64,000 nucleotides of DNA from Chthoniobacterales bacterium. Its GTDB lineage: Bacteria > Verrucomicrobiota > Verrucomicrobiia > Chthoniobacterales > UBA10450. A program made the translations under genes and the position numbers. The notes beneath the pieces are model-generated. The model was given only the letters and a program-made list of their open reading frames with translations, had not been told where the DNA came from and did no database searches. Below, piece after piece: positions 17,226 through 27,415 of the stretch. The first letter of the stretch is position 1; each line of letters starts with the position of its first letter. The stretch spans positions 20,263 to 84,262 of the forward strand of contig JBBSPM010000014.1 in assembly GCA_038258815.1 (NCBI GenBank). Direction: 5' to 3'.

Positions 17226-18320
17226 TCATGGCGTCACGATTTCTGCATACGATTTTGGGTTGGTCGCACCTTCTGTGATCAGGACCAGAACACGTGTTTT
17301 TTCGTTTACGCGGAGTGCGGCTCGATTGTTCTCGCGCTCAACGCCAGTCAAAAGCTCCAGCAAACCAGCGAGCCCCGCTGCGCCGGTTTCGCCGGCGATC
17401 ACGCTGGCATCGCCTAACAAACGCATTGCCTCGCGCGCGCGATCGTCATCCACCGCGATGAATGCGTCGACGCCCTGCGAGACAATCGGCCACGCCACCA
17501 CCGACGCGCGGCCGCAGTTCAAACCCGCCATGATCGAATCATGCGGGCCGGGCACGTTGACGATCTCGCCGGCTTCCATCGCCGCGAGCATGCAGGCGGC
17601 GCGTAGCGGTTCCACATTCACAATCGCCGGCTGCGGATCTCTCTTCGTTAGGCGGTAATGCTGCACCACCGCCGCCGCGAGCGCGCCGACCCCAGTTTGC
17701 ACGGCCACCAGATCCGGTCCGCGTTCGTTTCGCCGTCCGAGTTCATCATCAATCTCCCAAAAAATGGTTGAGTAGCCTTCCATGACCCAGCGCGGCACTT
17801 CTTCGTAGCCCGGCCACGAGGTATCGGAGATGACGAGACAATGCTCACTGGCATCCTGCGCGGCGCGCGTGACCGCTTCATCGTAAGTGCCGTCGACGAC
17901 CTCGACCTTCGCGCCTTCGCCAGCGATGGCATCGATCCGAGCTTGGGCGGTGTGCGCGGGCACGTAGATGCGTGCGGCCATTCCTAATCGAAGCGCCAGG
18001 TGCGCCACTGCGCGGCCGTGATTCCCATCGGTGGCGGTGACGAGCGCGGTCGGGCGAGGCAATGAAGCAGCGCGCGTCTCCAAGACTCGATGAATGGCCC
18101 AGGACGCGCCGAGAATTTTGAATGCGGGAAGACCGAGCCGTTGTGATTCCATTTTCAAGAGGACGCTGCCGACGCCGAGGACGCGCGCGATTTCTGGAGC
18201 GTCGAGTAGTGGCGTGGGCGCGTAGCCTTCGAGCGTTTGATGGAAGGCGAGCGGAGCGCGGTTGTGCGAACCGGATGGAGCGCTTTCGCGTCGCGCATGG
18301 TAGTAAATCCGTGCCGTCAT
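17226..18320 (-). CDS. diaminopropionate ammonia-lyase-like PLP enzyme
   Basis: LLKMESQRLGLPAFKILGASWAI (PLP lysine), fold-type II pattern, 364 aa. Confidence 0.75.
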   Translation of the reverse strand: MTARIYYHARRESAPSGSHNRAPLAFHQTLEGYAPTPLLDAPEIARVLGVGSVLLKMESQRLGLPAFKILGASWAIHRVLETRAASLPRPTALVTATDGNHGRAVAHLALRLGMAARIYVPAHTAQARIDAIAGEGAKVEVVDGTYDEAVTRAAQDASEHCLVISDTSWPGYEEVPRWVMEGYSTIFWEIDDELGRRNERGPDLVAVQTGVGALAAAVVQHYRLTKRDPQPAIVNVEPLRAACMLAAMEAGEIVNVPGPHDSIMAGLNCGRASVVAWPIVSQGVDAFIAVDDDRAREAMRLLGDASVIAGETGAAGLAGLLELLTGVERENNRAALRVNEKTRVLVLITEGATNPKSYAEIVTP

Positions 18321-18382
18321 TGCTCGCCGTTCATCGCGCCGGACAGGTTACCACTGTCGGCAAGCGTCCGTCGTTATCCTCC

Positions 18383-19150
18383 GTGTCGGTTGACCGCTTA
18401 ACGCTTCTCCGCGAGAACCTGATTGTGAACCTCGAAACGATCATCCCTGTGTTGGCGGTGAGTGGCACGCTGCTCCTGGTGGTCACGAGTTTGCTCAATT
18501 TCTCGGTCTTTGTGAGGCAGCTCCGCGCGGGTCGCGAGCAATTGGAAACGACGCGTCGGTTGCTCGAGAGCGCGCGGCAGGGTCCGGAAATTCAGCTCGT
18601 GCAGCGGGCGATGCTGGAGACGTCGGATCATCTCGAACTGCTCGTGCAGCGACCTTATCTGCGGCCGTATTTTTACGAGAACAAGGCCTGGCGGGAAGGC
18701 GACCAAGCCAGCACCGACGAAGTGAAGGCAATGGCCGAGTTATTTCTGGATAATCTGGCCTCCGCCATTATTCACTCAGCCGCGTTTCCGCAATATCCGA
18801 TCCGCGGCGTGGAACAGCACATCCGCTTCCATTTGCGGAATAGTCCCGCGCTACGCGATTTCTTAATGGATGCGTTCGATCGTTTTCCCCTCGCGGGGTT
18901 GGCGCTGCTTTCGTTGAAGAACGAGAGCAAAGGACAGATCGAGGAAGACTTGCGGCAACTGATCTCCGTGGCCGGTCTCGATGCCGCCGAGCGCGAACGC
19001 CGTGAGCGGCTTCTGCATCATCTGCAAACCACCGCGAAAACGGAGGCACTGGAGCTGGCGAAGTACAGCTACGATCGTGCGCAAATCAACGCGCTCGCGA
19101 AGTGCAGTGGGGTAGGGACATCGCGCTGCGATGTCCGGGACGCGTTGTAG
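18383..19150 (+). CDS. membrane-anchored hypothetical protein (GTG start 18383 or 18425)
   Basis: One N-terminal TM helix (IIPVLAVSGTLLLVVTSLLNFSVF) followed by a helical domain. The last 12 codons (GVGTSRCDVRDAL*) are encoded by the left REP copy. Confidence 0.55.
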   Translation: MSVDRLTLLRENLIVNLETIIPVLAVSGTLLLVVTSLLNFSVFVRQLRAGREQLETTRRLLESARQGPEIQLVQRAMLETSDHLELLVQRPYLRPYFYENKAWREGDQASTDEVKAMAELFLDNLASAIIHSAAFPQYPIRGVEQHIRFHLRNSPALRDFLMDAFDRFPLAGLALLSLKNESKGQIEEDLRQLISVAGLDAAERERRERLLHHLQTTAKTEALELAKYSYDRAQINALAKCSGVGTSRCDVRDAL

Positions 19151-19697
19151 GCTTTGGAGAGTATGGAACGATCCTCCCGCGTGTACCCCGACGAACCTCG
19201 CATTCCGGTTCCGCCACGGAAGACTTTGCCGCACCAGGCTCCGTGGTGGGTTGATCCAGCAAAGGAGATATATTTCATCACGATTTGCTGCCGGAAACGG
19301 GGGGTGAACCAACTCGCGATTCCCGAGATTGCAGAACCACTGCTCGGGACGATTAAGCATCGGAACGAGCGCGGTGATTGGTATGTCTATCTGGCGATGC
19401 TTATGCCTGATCACGCGCATTTGCTGGTTTCTTTCCCGCAGCAGACGCGGCTCCAAATCACGGTGAGCAAATGGAAGGAAAGGACCGCGAAGCAGTTGAA
19501 GATCAGTTGGCAGCGCGATTTCTTTGAGCACCGGTTGCGAAGGGAGGAAAGTTACCGGGAGAAAGCGGATTACCTCATGGCCAATCCTGTCCGTGCGGGC
19601 TTGGTGAAGAGCGCGGAAGAGTGGCCGTTTTGCTTTATCGCTGATCGACAGGCGGGGTAGGGACATCGCGCTGCGATGTCCGAGACGCGTGGTGCGC
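19109..19697 (+). mobile_element. REPtron 1: RAYT-type Y1 transposase flanked by two direct copies of a 44-nt hairpin repeat
   Basis: GGGGTAGGGACATCGCGCTGCGATGTCCG... occurs at 19109-19152 and 19654-19697. The first 29 nt are identical, with 4 mismatches after. Stem GGACATCGC/GCGATGTCC. Confidence 0.8.
19154..19660 (+). CDS. REP-associated tyrosine transposase (IS200/IS605-like Y1, RAYT)
   Basis: HUH motif in LAMLMPDHAHLLV. Catalytic Tyr region EKADYLMANPVRAGL. The stop TAG lies inside the right repeat. Confidence 0.85.
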   Translation: MESMERSSRVYPDEPRIPVPPRKTLPHQAPWWVDPAKEIYFITICCRKRGVNQLAIPEIAEPLLGTIKHRNERGDWYVYLAMLMPDHAHLLVSFPQQTRLQITVSKWKERTAKQLKISWQRDFFEHRLRREESYREKADYLMANPVRAGLVKSAEEWPFCFIADRQAG

Positions 19698-19805
19698 AGG
19701 AAGCTGGTCCGAGAGATCGGAAAGGAGTCCTCGCCACCTGGACGGCGCAGCGCGCCGTCCCTACCCGGCAATCGGCAATCGCGGTCGATTGGCGTATCGT
19801 CCCGG

Positions 19806-20678
19806 ATGGATGGGAAAATTCTTTGGCGCGCCACTCGTTCGTTCTCCCTTCCTGCCAGTGTGGTTCCAGTTCTGCTTGGAACCGTTCTGGCGGCGCGCGG
19901 TTTCGCTGGCGGCGTGCCTCGCTTTGATCTTCCGCTCTTCGCCATCGTCTTGTTAGGCGCGATGCTGGCTCACGTGGGCGCCAACGTGCTGAACGACTAT
20001 TTCGATTTTGTGAAGGGCGTTGACACCCGGCCCGAGCACGGGAGCGGCGTGCTCACGCGCGGCGAAATGGCGCCCCGCCAGGTGCTGACCTTTGCGCTGA
20101 TTCTTTTCGCGGGCGCTGCGTTGTGCGGCTTGTTCTTGCTGCGCGCGAACGCTCGCGTGGTGGTTCCGCTGGCGCTCCTCGGGTTCGGCACCGCGGTGTT
20201 GTATCCGGCTTGGCTGAAGCGCTACGGGCTGGGCGATGTTCTGATTGTGATCGCGTTTGGCCTCGGCCTCACTCTGGGCGCCTACGCCGTGCAGGCGGGT
20301 GAACTTTCGGCTGCACAAGGAGTCCGCGTGGCCCTTTATTCCCTCCCGATCTGCCTTCTCGTGGACGCGATTCTGCACGCGAACAATCTGCGCGATGCGC
20401 CAGACGATCGCGCGGCGCATGTCCGCACTCTGGCCACGATGCTTTCGACGAGCGCGGCCAGAGGATTGCAACGCATCCTTCTTTTCGGCCCACTGGTGTT
20501 CGTGGTCGTAGCAGTGGCCTTTCGTTTTCTCCCGCTTTGGAGTTTGGCTACGTTCGCTGCGTTGCCTCTGCTTTTACGAGCTGACCGCACCGGGAGCGTG
20601 GAAGGAACTGCGCAAACGCACCTTGTCTTCGGCGTTCTCTACACGGCCGCGTTCTTGTTTCGCCCGGTATTCCTTTAG
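19806..20678 (+). CDS. menA: UbiA-family prenyltransferase, MenA-like
   Basis: MDGKILWRATRSFSLPASVVPVLLG..., NVLNDYFDFVKGVD; multi-TM. Confidence 0.8.
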   Translation: MDGKILWRATRSFSLPASVVPVLLGTVLAARGFAGGVPRFDLPLFAIVLLGAMLAHVGANVLNDYFDFVKGVDTRPEHGSGVLTRGEMAPRQVLTFALILFAGAALCGLFLLRANARVVVPLALLGFGTAVLYPAWLKRYGLGDVLIVIAFGLGLTLGAYAVQAGELSAAQGVRVALYSLPICLLVDAILHANNLRDAPDDRAAHVRTLATMLSTSAARGLQRILLFGPLVFVVVAVAFRFLPLWSLATFAALPLLLRADRTGSVEGTAQTHLVFGVLYTAAFLFRPVFL

Positions 20679-20724
20679 CGCGTCGTCGCGGGTGGACGCG
20701 GCTTTATTGTTCCTTCAACTTTGC

Positions 20725-21567
<843 letters not shown>

Positions 21568-21681
21568 CGAAGAAGACTGAATTTATCGTCTGATGAGCGT
21601 TGGCGCGAATGGAGCCGGCCCGCCCTCGGGCCGAAGACCTTTTACCGCGCAAACTTCGGCGCGAGGGCGCGCCGGCTCCAG

Positions 21682-22506
21682 TTACTCGACCGCGCGAACG
21701 ATGTAAGTGCCGGCTTGTTTATCGGCGTCCAATTTCAGCAGTCCGCGCTTTTGCGCTTCGAGCAACAACTCGTTAAACGCGCGGAAACCGTGCGCGCGTT
21801 CGTTAAACCCGGGATTGCGCCGCTTGATCGTCTGCTTGATCAGCGATCCGCGAATTTCGTAATCCTCCCCGCGTTCCGCGCGGAGCGCGTCGAGCGTCTG
21901 GCTCACCATCTCGAGCGCGCGATCAGGGGAGGGACCCTCGCTCGGCGGTTCGCTCTGAGCTTCGCTTGCCGCAGGGGCGGGCGTCGTTTTGGCGGAAGCG
22001 CGGCGTCCTCTTGCGGGCGGCCGTTCCACCCGAACGAGGTCGTCGTAATAGAGGAATTCATCGCAGTTATTGATGAAGAGATCGGAGGTCGATTTCTTCA
22101 CGCCCATGCCCACCACCGTCTTGTCGTTCTCGCGCAACTTGCTCACGAGCGGAGAGAAATCGGAATCGCCGCTGATGATGACGAAGGTATCGACGTGGCT
22201 CTTGGTATAACAAAGATCGAGCGCGTCCACGACCATTCGGATGTCGGCTGAATTTTTGCCCGATTGGCGCACGTGCGGGATCTCGATCAACTCGAAGGCC
22301 GCTTCGTGGAGGCCGCGTTTGAAATCCTTATAACGATCGAAATCGCAGTAAGCTTTCTTCACCACGATGTGGCCTTTGAGCAAAAGGCGCTCGAGCACTT
22401 TACGAATATCGAAGGCGGGAAACCGCGCCTCGCGCGCGCCGATCGCGATATTTTCCAAATCGAGGAAGACAGCCATGGTGGCATCGGCTTCGTGTGGGGT
22501 GGACAT
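21682..22506 (-). CDS. NYN (LabA-like) domain protein with C-terminal OST-HTH/LOTUS domain
   Basis: MAVFLDLENIAIGA..IISGDSDFSPLV, plus a C-terminal LIKQTIKRRNPGFNERAHGFRAFNELLLEAQKRGLL. Confidence 0.85.
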   Translation of the reverse strand: MSTPHEADATMAVFLDLENIAIGAREARFPAFDIRKVLERLLLKGHIVVKKAYCDFDRYKDFKRGLHEAAFELIEIPHVRQSGKNSADIRMVVDALDLCYTKSHVDTFVIISGDSDFSPLVSKLRENDKTVVGMGVKKSTSDLFINNCDEFLYYDDLVRVERPPARGRRASAKTTPAPAASEAQSEPPSEGPSPDRALEMVSQTLDALRAERGEDYEIRGSLIKQTIKRRNPGFNERAHGFRAFNELLLEAQKRGLLKLDADKQAGTYIVRAVE

Positions 22507-22593
22507 GGTGGGAAGCTAGCCTTATCCACCGCAGCGGACAGCGGAAAAGGTTTGCCCGCGCGCGGCCCGGCGTCGCATGCCATCTTGCGCCCC

Positions 22594-23094
22594 ATGAAAG
22601 TCCTCGAAACCGAACGCTTGAGTCTGCGCTGGCTCACTCCCGACGACGCCCCTTTTTTTCTCGAGCTCATGAACGATCCGGCGTTTATCCGGAATGTGGC
22701 GGATCGCGGCCTGCGGACGGTGGAGGATGCGACGCGTTACATGGGGGAGAAAGTGTTTCCGAGTTACGAGAAGTTCGGCTTCGGTATGAATGTGGCGGAA
22801 CTGAAAACGGAGGGCAGGCTCATCGGCTCGTGCGGCCTCTTAAAGCGCGAGACGATGGAGCACGTCGACATCGGCTACGCCTTTCTCCCCGCCTATTGTG
22901 GCCAGGGTTTTGCCTATGAAGCCGCCGCCGCCGTGATGCGTTACGGGCGCGAAGTCCTGAAAATCCCGAAGATCGTTGGCATGACTTCGCCCTCGAACGA
23001 GAGCTCGATGCGCCTCCTGGAGAAACTGGGCCTGCGCTTCGAGCGCATGATCCAGATGGAAGGCTATGAGGGAGAGAGCAAGCTCTTCGCGTAG
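22594..23094 (+). CDS. GNAT family N-acetyltransferase (RimJ/RimL-like)
   Basis: LETERLSLRWLTPDDAPFFLELMNDP..., CGQGFAYEAAAAV. Confidence 0.85.
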   Translation: MKVLETERLSLRWLTPDDAPFFLELMNDPAFIRNVADRGLRTVEDATRYMGEKVFPSYEKFGFGMNVAELKTEGRLIGSCGLLKRETMEHVDIGYAFLPAYCGQGFAYEAAAAVMRYGREVLKIPKIVGMTSPSNESSMRLLEKLGLRFERMIQMEGYEGESKLFA

Positions 23095-23099
23095 GGCAA

Positions 23100-23158
23100 G
23101 GAGTGACGGCTTCCGAGCCGTCGCGTCTCAAACTTGGCGGCTCGGAAGCCGCCACTCC
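23100..23158. repeat. extragenic palindrome (21-bp arms, 17-nt loop)
   Basis: GGAGTGACGGCTTCCGAGCCG pairs with CGGCTCGGAAGCCGCCACTCC, 1 mismatch. Lies directly after the GNAT stop. Confidence 0.85.
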
Positions 23159-23193
23159 TTGGCATGGACCGTGCGATTTGTTAAAGCCACGAC

Positions 23194-23673
23194 ATGCGCA
23201 AAATAAATACACGCGACGCCGCCGATTACGATTGGGCGTCGCCTAAGGGCAAGTTTCGCGGTTCGAGCAAGAATCTTTCGGAAGAGCTGGGTCGCGAGCC
23301 AGCCTCGACCGACCTGATGAAACGGCATCCGTTCGATGTGGAATTGACCCGCATTCCCGCCGGCGCAACGCCGTGTCCGTATCATTCACATGCGGCGCAA
23401 TGGGAATTTTATCACGTCCAGTCGGGCAAGGGCGCAGTGCGTCACAAGGACGGCACCACTGCGATCGAAGCCGGCGACGCCTTCCTCTTCCCACCGGACG
23501 AACCGCATCAGCTCATCAACGACAGTGAAGAGGATCTCCTTATCTTCGTCATCGCGGACAACCCGATCGGCGAATCGTGTTACTACCCGGATAGCAAGAA
23601 ATGGCTGGTGCGTTCGCCGGAGCGCCGGCTTCTGCGCGGTGACGCGCTGGATTATTTCGATGGCGAAGAGTGA
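23194..23673 (+). CDS. cupin domain protein
   Basis: PYHSHAAQWEFYHVQSGKG...GDAFLFPPDEPHQLIN. Confidence 0.8.
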   Translation: MRKINTRDAADYDWASPKGKFRGSSKNLSEELGREPASTDLMKRHPFDVELTRIPAGATPCPYHSHAAQWEFYHVQSGKGAVRHKDGTTAIEAGDAFLFPPDEPHQLINDSEEDLLIFVIADNPIGESCYYPDSKKWLVRSPERRLLRGDALDYFDGEE

Positions 23674-24250
23674 TCCGAAGCCGCTCTTTTTCGCGACTCC
23701 GAAAGACTTTCGCGCCTGGCTGCGCGTGAATCACCGGAGCGCGGTCGAGCAGTGGGTGGGATTTTATCGCAAGGACTCCGGGCGGCCGAGCATCACTTGG
23801 CCCGAATCGGTGGATGAAGCCCTCTGTATCGGCTGGATCGATGGGGTGCGAAAAAGCGTCGATGCCTCGAGCTACATGGTTCGTTTCACACCGCGCAAAG
23901 CGACGAGCACTTGGAGCGCGGTGAACATCGCGCGCGTGGCCGAGCTGACCCGAGCGAAGCGGATGCGGCCCGCGGGATTGAAGGCATTCGAACAGCGCAC
24001 GGAAGCGAAGTCTGGCATCTACGCCTACGAACAACGTCAGCACGCGGCGCTGAAGCCCGCTGCGGAAAAGATTTTTCGCACCGACGCGGCAGCGTGGGAT
24101 TTCTTCCAAGCGCAGCCGGCCGGATATCGGAAGACGGCAACGTGGTGGGTCGTGAGCGCAAAGCGCGAAGAGACGCGCACGAAACGTCTCGCCACGCTGA
24201 TGCAGGATTCAAAAGCGGGAGCCAGGCTCAAACAACTGCGGCGGGAGTAA
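23660..24250 (+). CDS. YdeI/OmpD-associated family protein
   Basis: MAKSDPKPLFFATPKDFRAWLRVNH..VGFYRK...WIDGVRKS. Overlaps the cupin gene by 14 nt. Confidence 0.75.
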   Translation: MAKSDPKPLFFATPKDFRAWLRVNHRSAVEQWVGFYRKDSGRPSITWPESVDEALCIGWIDGVRKSVDASSYMVRFTPRKATSTWSAVNIARVAELTRAKRMRPAGLKAFEQRTEAKSGIYAYEQRQHAALKPAAEKIFRTDAAAWDFFQAQPAGYRKTATWWVVSAKREETRTKRLATLMQDSKAGARLKQLRRE

Positions 24251-24333
24251 TAAGGCCCCCGAGGCGTCGCTGGTGGCGGTATTCCGCAATTCCATTGGTT
24301 GACGTCCGCCGCACATCCTGCAAGCCTGCGCGC

Positions 24334-24618
24334 ATGAGAACCTTCCCCAAACTCCTGCTCGCCCTCATCCTCGCGGTCACGCCGATGATGTTGGCTCCGA
24401 ATGCGCAAGCGCAAAGCCTCTCGATCTCGATCGGAGATCGCCCGTATTACAATCGTGGCCCTTCGTATCATGACGGCGGCTACGAATATTATTGGGTCGG
24501 CGGCCACCGTGGGAGGCATGGCCGTTGGACGCGCGGGCATTATGTGCGGCGCACCACGCCATTGCGCCAGCTCCACCGCGAGCATAAAAAACTGCACCGC
24601 GCCATCTTCGGCCGGTAA
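24334..24618 (+). CDS. small exported Gly/Tyr/Arg-rich protein
   Basis: MRTFPKLLLALILAVTPMMLAPNAQAQ signal peptide; 94 aa. Confidence 0.55.
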   Translation: MRTFPKLLLALILAVTPMMLAPNAQAQSLSISIGDRPYYNRGPSYHDGGYEYYWVGGHRGRHGRWTRGHYVRRTTPLRQLHREHKKLHRAIFGR

Positions 24619-24656
24619 ACGTCCTTCGAGCAGAATCTCGATCTTCTTCTAATCAC

Positions 24657-24693
24657 AAAACCCCAAGCGCACACGCGCTTGGGGTTTTTGTTT
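24657..24693 (+). terminator. Rho-independent terminator
   Basis: AAAACCCCAAGCGC-acac-GCGCTTGGGGTTTTTGTTT. Confidence 0.7.
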
Positions 24694-24796
24694 ATCGGAA
24701 GCGGGTGCTCGTCAGGTGCGGCGCGCGTTTACGCCGACGGCCCATGCTGTTAGCCTCTGGCGCAATGTGGACTCATTTCCGCGCGTGCCGCGCCGC

Positions 24797-25204
24797 ATGA
24801 AGAAAACAAACAACAAGCGGAATGCCGACCGGATCCTTTGGATCGAGGCGATCGGATTTATTTTTCTGATCGTGCTCTCGTGGTTGGATGAACTGCTGGG
24901 TCTGCCTTACCTGCTCTTCGGCGGGGCGCACGAAATGGTCTGGCGCGAGAGTGCGATCGAGACGATCAGCATCGCCCTCGTCTGGCTCACCGTGGATATC
25001 TCCACCAGAAAAATCCTGCGCCGTTTCAAATACCTGGAGGATTTGCTGACCATGTGCGCGTGGTGCCGGAAACTCGAGCACGGCGGAGAATGGCTCTCGC
25101 TCGAAGATTACTGCAGCAAGGAACTCGACGTGGATATCTCGCATGGGATGTGCCCGCAATGCGGCCGGCAATTAATGGGAAAATCGGCGGACGAGAAGGC
25201 GTAG
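24797..25204 (+). CDS. membrane protein with C-terminal Cys-rich module
   Basis: Two TM helices, then MCAWCRKLEHGGEWLSLEDYCSKELDVDISHGMCPQCG. Confidence 0.6.
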   Translation: MKKTNNKRNADRILWIEAIGFIFLIVLSWLDELLGLPYLLFGGAHEMVWRESAIETISIALVWLTVDISTRKILRRFKYLEDLLTMCAWCRKLEHGGEWLSLEDYCSKELDVDISHGMCPQCGRQLMGKSADEKA

Positions 25205-25241
25205 GCTGTGCGGCGACCACGGCATCATTTCGCTCCGAAAC

Positions 25242-25280
25242 AAAAAACCCCAGGCACGAGTGCCTGGGGTTTTCGTTTTT
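25242..25280. terminator. bidirectional Rho-independent terminator
   Basis: AAAAAACCCCAGGCA-cgag-TGCCTGGGGTTTTCGTTTTT between convergent genes. Confidence 0.75.
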
Positions 25281-25294
25281 ATCGGGAGAGATGC

Positions 25295-25771
25295 TTACGC
25301 TTTCGGCGGCATCAGAACTTTGTCGATCACGTGGACCACGCCGTTCGAGGCTTTGACGTCGGCCTTCACGACCTTGGCGTCATTCACCATCACGGTGTCG
25401 CCCTTGACCTTGATGTCGAGTTCCGCGCCGTTGGCAGTCGGAGCCATCATCGTCTTCACGTCCTTGGCCATCACTTCGCCCTTCATCACGTGGTAGGCGA
25501 GGATCTTGCCGAGCTTCTCTTTGTTCTCTGGCTTGAGCAGATTTTCCACCGTGCCTTTTGGCAATGCGGCAAAGGCTTCATCCGTCGGAGCGAAGACCGT
25601 GTAAGGTCCTTTTTCTTCGAGCATCTCGGTTTTGCCGGCAGCGTCGAGCGCAGCCACGAGGGTCTTAAAGGTGCCGGTGCTTTTCGCAGTCTCGACAATG
25701 TTCTTGTCGGCGGCGGGAGCGGTAACGGCGAGCGCCAGAAGCGCAGTGCATACTAATGTGAGTTTCTTCAT
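25295..25771 (-). CDS. fasciclin (FAS1) domain protein
   Basis: Signal peptide, then [13 protein letters not shown] and [13 protein letters not shown]. Confidence 0.9.
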   Translation of the reverse strand: MKKLTLVCTALLALAVTAPAADKNIVETAKSTGTFKTLVAALDAAGKTEMLEEKGPYTVFAPTDEAFAALPKGTVENLLKPENKEKLGKILAYHVMKGEVMAKDVKTMMAPTANGAELDIKVKGDTVMVNDAKVVKADVKASNGVVHVIDKVLMPPKA

Positions 25772-25922
25772 GTTTTTTTTTTTCTAAGCACAAGAGCCTG
25801 ATTAACGAGCGCCTTGTGTGCTGGGTATTACGCAGACCTTTCCTTGGCAGATGCATTTCCTTTCCCAACTCCCTCGCCATTCCACTTGCCCGCGGGGCGG
25901 CGCTCGCTCCTATTGAACGCGC

Positions 25923-26675
25923 ATGAGCGAGCTGAAGCTGGGCGTTAATATCGACCACGTGGCCACCCTGCGGCAGGCGCGTTACGCCAGCATGCCGGAG
26001 TCGAAGAATGCTGAGCCCGATCCGATCACGGTGGCCAGCATTTGCGAGCGCGCCGGCGCGTCTGGAATCACCGCGCATCTGCGGGCCGATCGGCGGCATA
26101 TGCAGGATCGGGATCTCGAAAGATTGCGCGAGAACATCATGACGAAGCTCAATCTCGAGATGGGCAACACGCCGGAGATCGTCGATTTTGCCTTGCGCAT
26201 CGTGCCGGATGAAGTCTGTCTCGTGCCCGAGAAACGCGAGGAAATCACCACGGAAGGCGGGCTCGACTTGATCGCCCATCGCAAGGCGCTCGCCTCCACC
26301 GTGAAGCGTTTGCAGGCGTCTGGCATCCGAGTCAGCATGTTCATCGATCCGATTCGCGAACAGATCGACGCGGCTGCCGAGCTAGGCGTGGAGATCGTGG
26401 AACTGCATACCGGAAAACTGGCCAACGCCTTTACCGAAAAAGTGGAAACGCAGGAGCTGGCGCGCCTCACGGAGGCCGCCATCCGCGCGGCGAATTTCAA
26501 GCTGCAGGTCAACGCCGGGCACGGCATCAACTACCGAAATATCGCGCTCATTCACAAAATTCCGAAACTGCGCGAGCTGAACATCGGACACTCCATCGTC
26601 GCCCGCGCCCTCTTCGTCGGCTTCGATGCGGCAGTACGCGAGATGCTGGCTGCGATGGAGAATTACAAGGGATGA
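25923..26675 (+). CDS. pdxJ: pyridoxine 5'-phosphate synthase
   Basis: LGVNIDHVATLRQAR, ITAHLRADRRH, NAGHGINY. Confidence 0.97.
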   Translation: MSELKLGVNIDHVATLRQARYASMPESKNAEPDPITVASICERAGASGITAHLRADRRHMQDRDLERLRENIMTKLNLEMGNTPEIVDFALRIVPDEVCLVPEKREEITTEGGLDLIAHRKALASTVKRLQASGIRVSMFIDPIREQIDAAAELGVEIVELHTGKLANAFTEKVETQELARLTEAAIRAANFKLQVNAGHGINYRNIALIHKIPKLRELNIGHSIVARALFVGFDAAVREMLAAMENYKG

Positions 26676-26722
26676 ATTCACCCAGAAGCCATCTCATAAC
26701 AACCAAGCTCCTCGCGAAAGAC

Positions 26723-26791
26723 GCTGTAGCCGCCCCGCTGCGTCGGGGCGTTGCCCGCAGAGACACGGCGACGCAGCGCCGTGGCTACAGC
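26723..26791. repeat. extragenic palindrome built from two 7-bp-stem hairpins in inverted orientation
   Basis: GCTGTAGCCGCCCCGCTGCGTCG (26723-26745) pairs with CGACGCAGCGCCGTGGCTACAGC (26769-26791). Inner hairpins are CGCCCCG/CGGGGCG and CACGGCG/CGCCGTG. Confidence 0.85.
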
Positions 26792-26844
26792 GGCTCCGTA
26801 TTCATGGGTAGGACGAGAGAACCAGCAATGCGGGCACGCCGGTC

Positions 26845-27225
26845 ATGAGCGTCCTCGGGATCGGCGTGGATATCGTGGAAACGCAGCGGATCGAGCATTC
26901 GCTGGAGCGTTTCGGTGAACGCTTTCTTCACCGCGTTTTTACCGAGGGCGAGATCGCCTATTGCCAATCGATGAAATACCCCGCGCGCCATTTTGCCGCT
27001 CGCTTCGCCGCGAAGGAAGCCGTCTCAAAGGCCTTCAGCACCGGCATTGGAAAAGCGATGGGCTGGAGGGATATCGACGTGCACCGCCACGAGGGCGGAC
27101 AGCCGCACGTCGTGCTCGAAGGCGGGGCCAAAGAACTCGCCGCGGCGCGCGGTGTTGCCAAAGTTTGGATTACGCTCAGCCATACCGATCATCACGCGGT
27201 CGCGATGATTGTGCTGGAAAAATAG
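26845..27225 (+). CDS. acpS: holo-[acyl-carrier-protein] synthase
   Basis: MSVLGIGVDIVETQRI...FAAKEAVSKA. Confidence 0.95.
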   Translation: MSVLGIGVDIVETQRIEHSLERFGERFLHRVFTEGEIAYCQSMKYPARHFAARFAAKEAVSKAFSTGIGKAMGWRDIDVHRHEGGQPHVVLEGGAKELAAARGVAKVWITLSHTDHHAVAMIVLEK

Positions 27226-27415
27226 CCGACAAAGCAGGCGCGCCGCCGCGCCCGCCAGACCCCCAGGCAGTCCCAAACCACCGGCCAGAGCGAGCAAGCT
27301 CACCGTCGTTGGCTCCGGCACCGCGAGAAAACCGCGAGGGAAAATCCGCCGCGAGGTCTCGCGCGAGGTCGGGATTTAGCTTCTTCTCGCGGCAAATGTT
27401 GATTACTGAAAAGCC

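Noticed and set aside
21682-22506. NYN-LOTUS protein as a toxin or defence nuclease
   Set aside because: It is a stand-alone gene of a widespread LabA-like architecture, with no partner genes.
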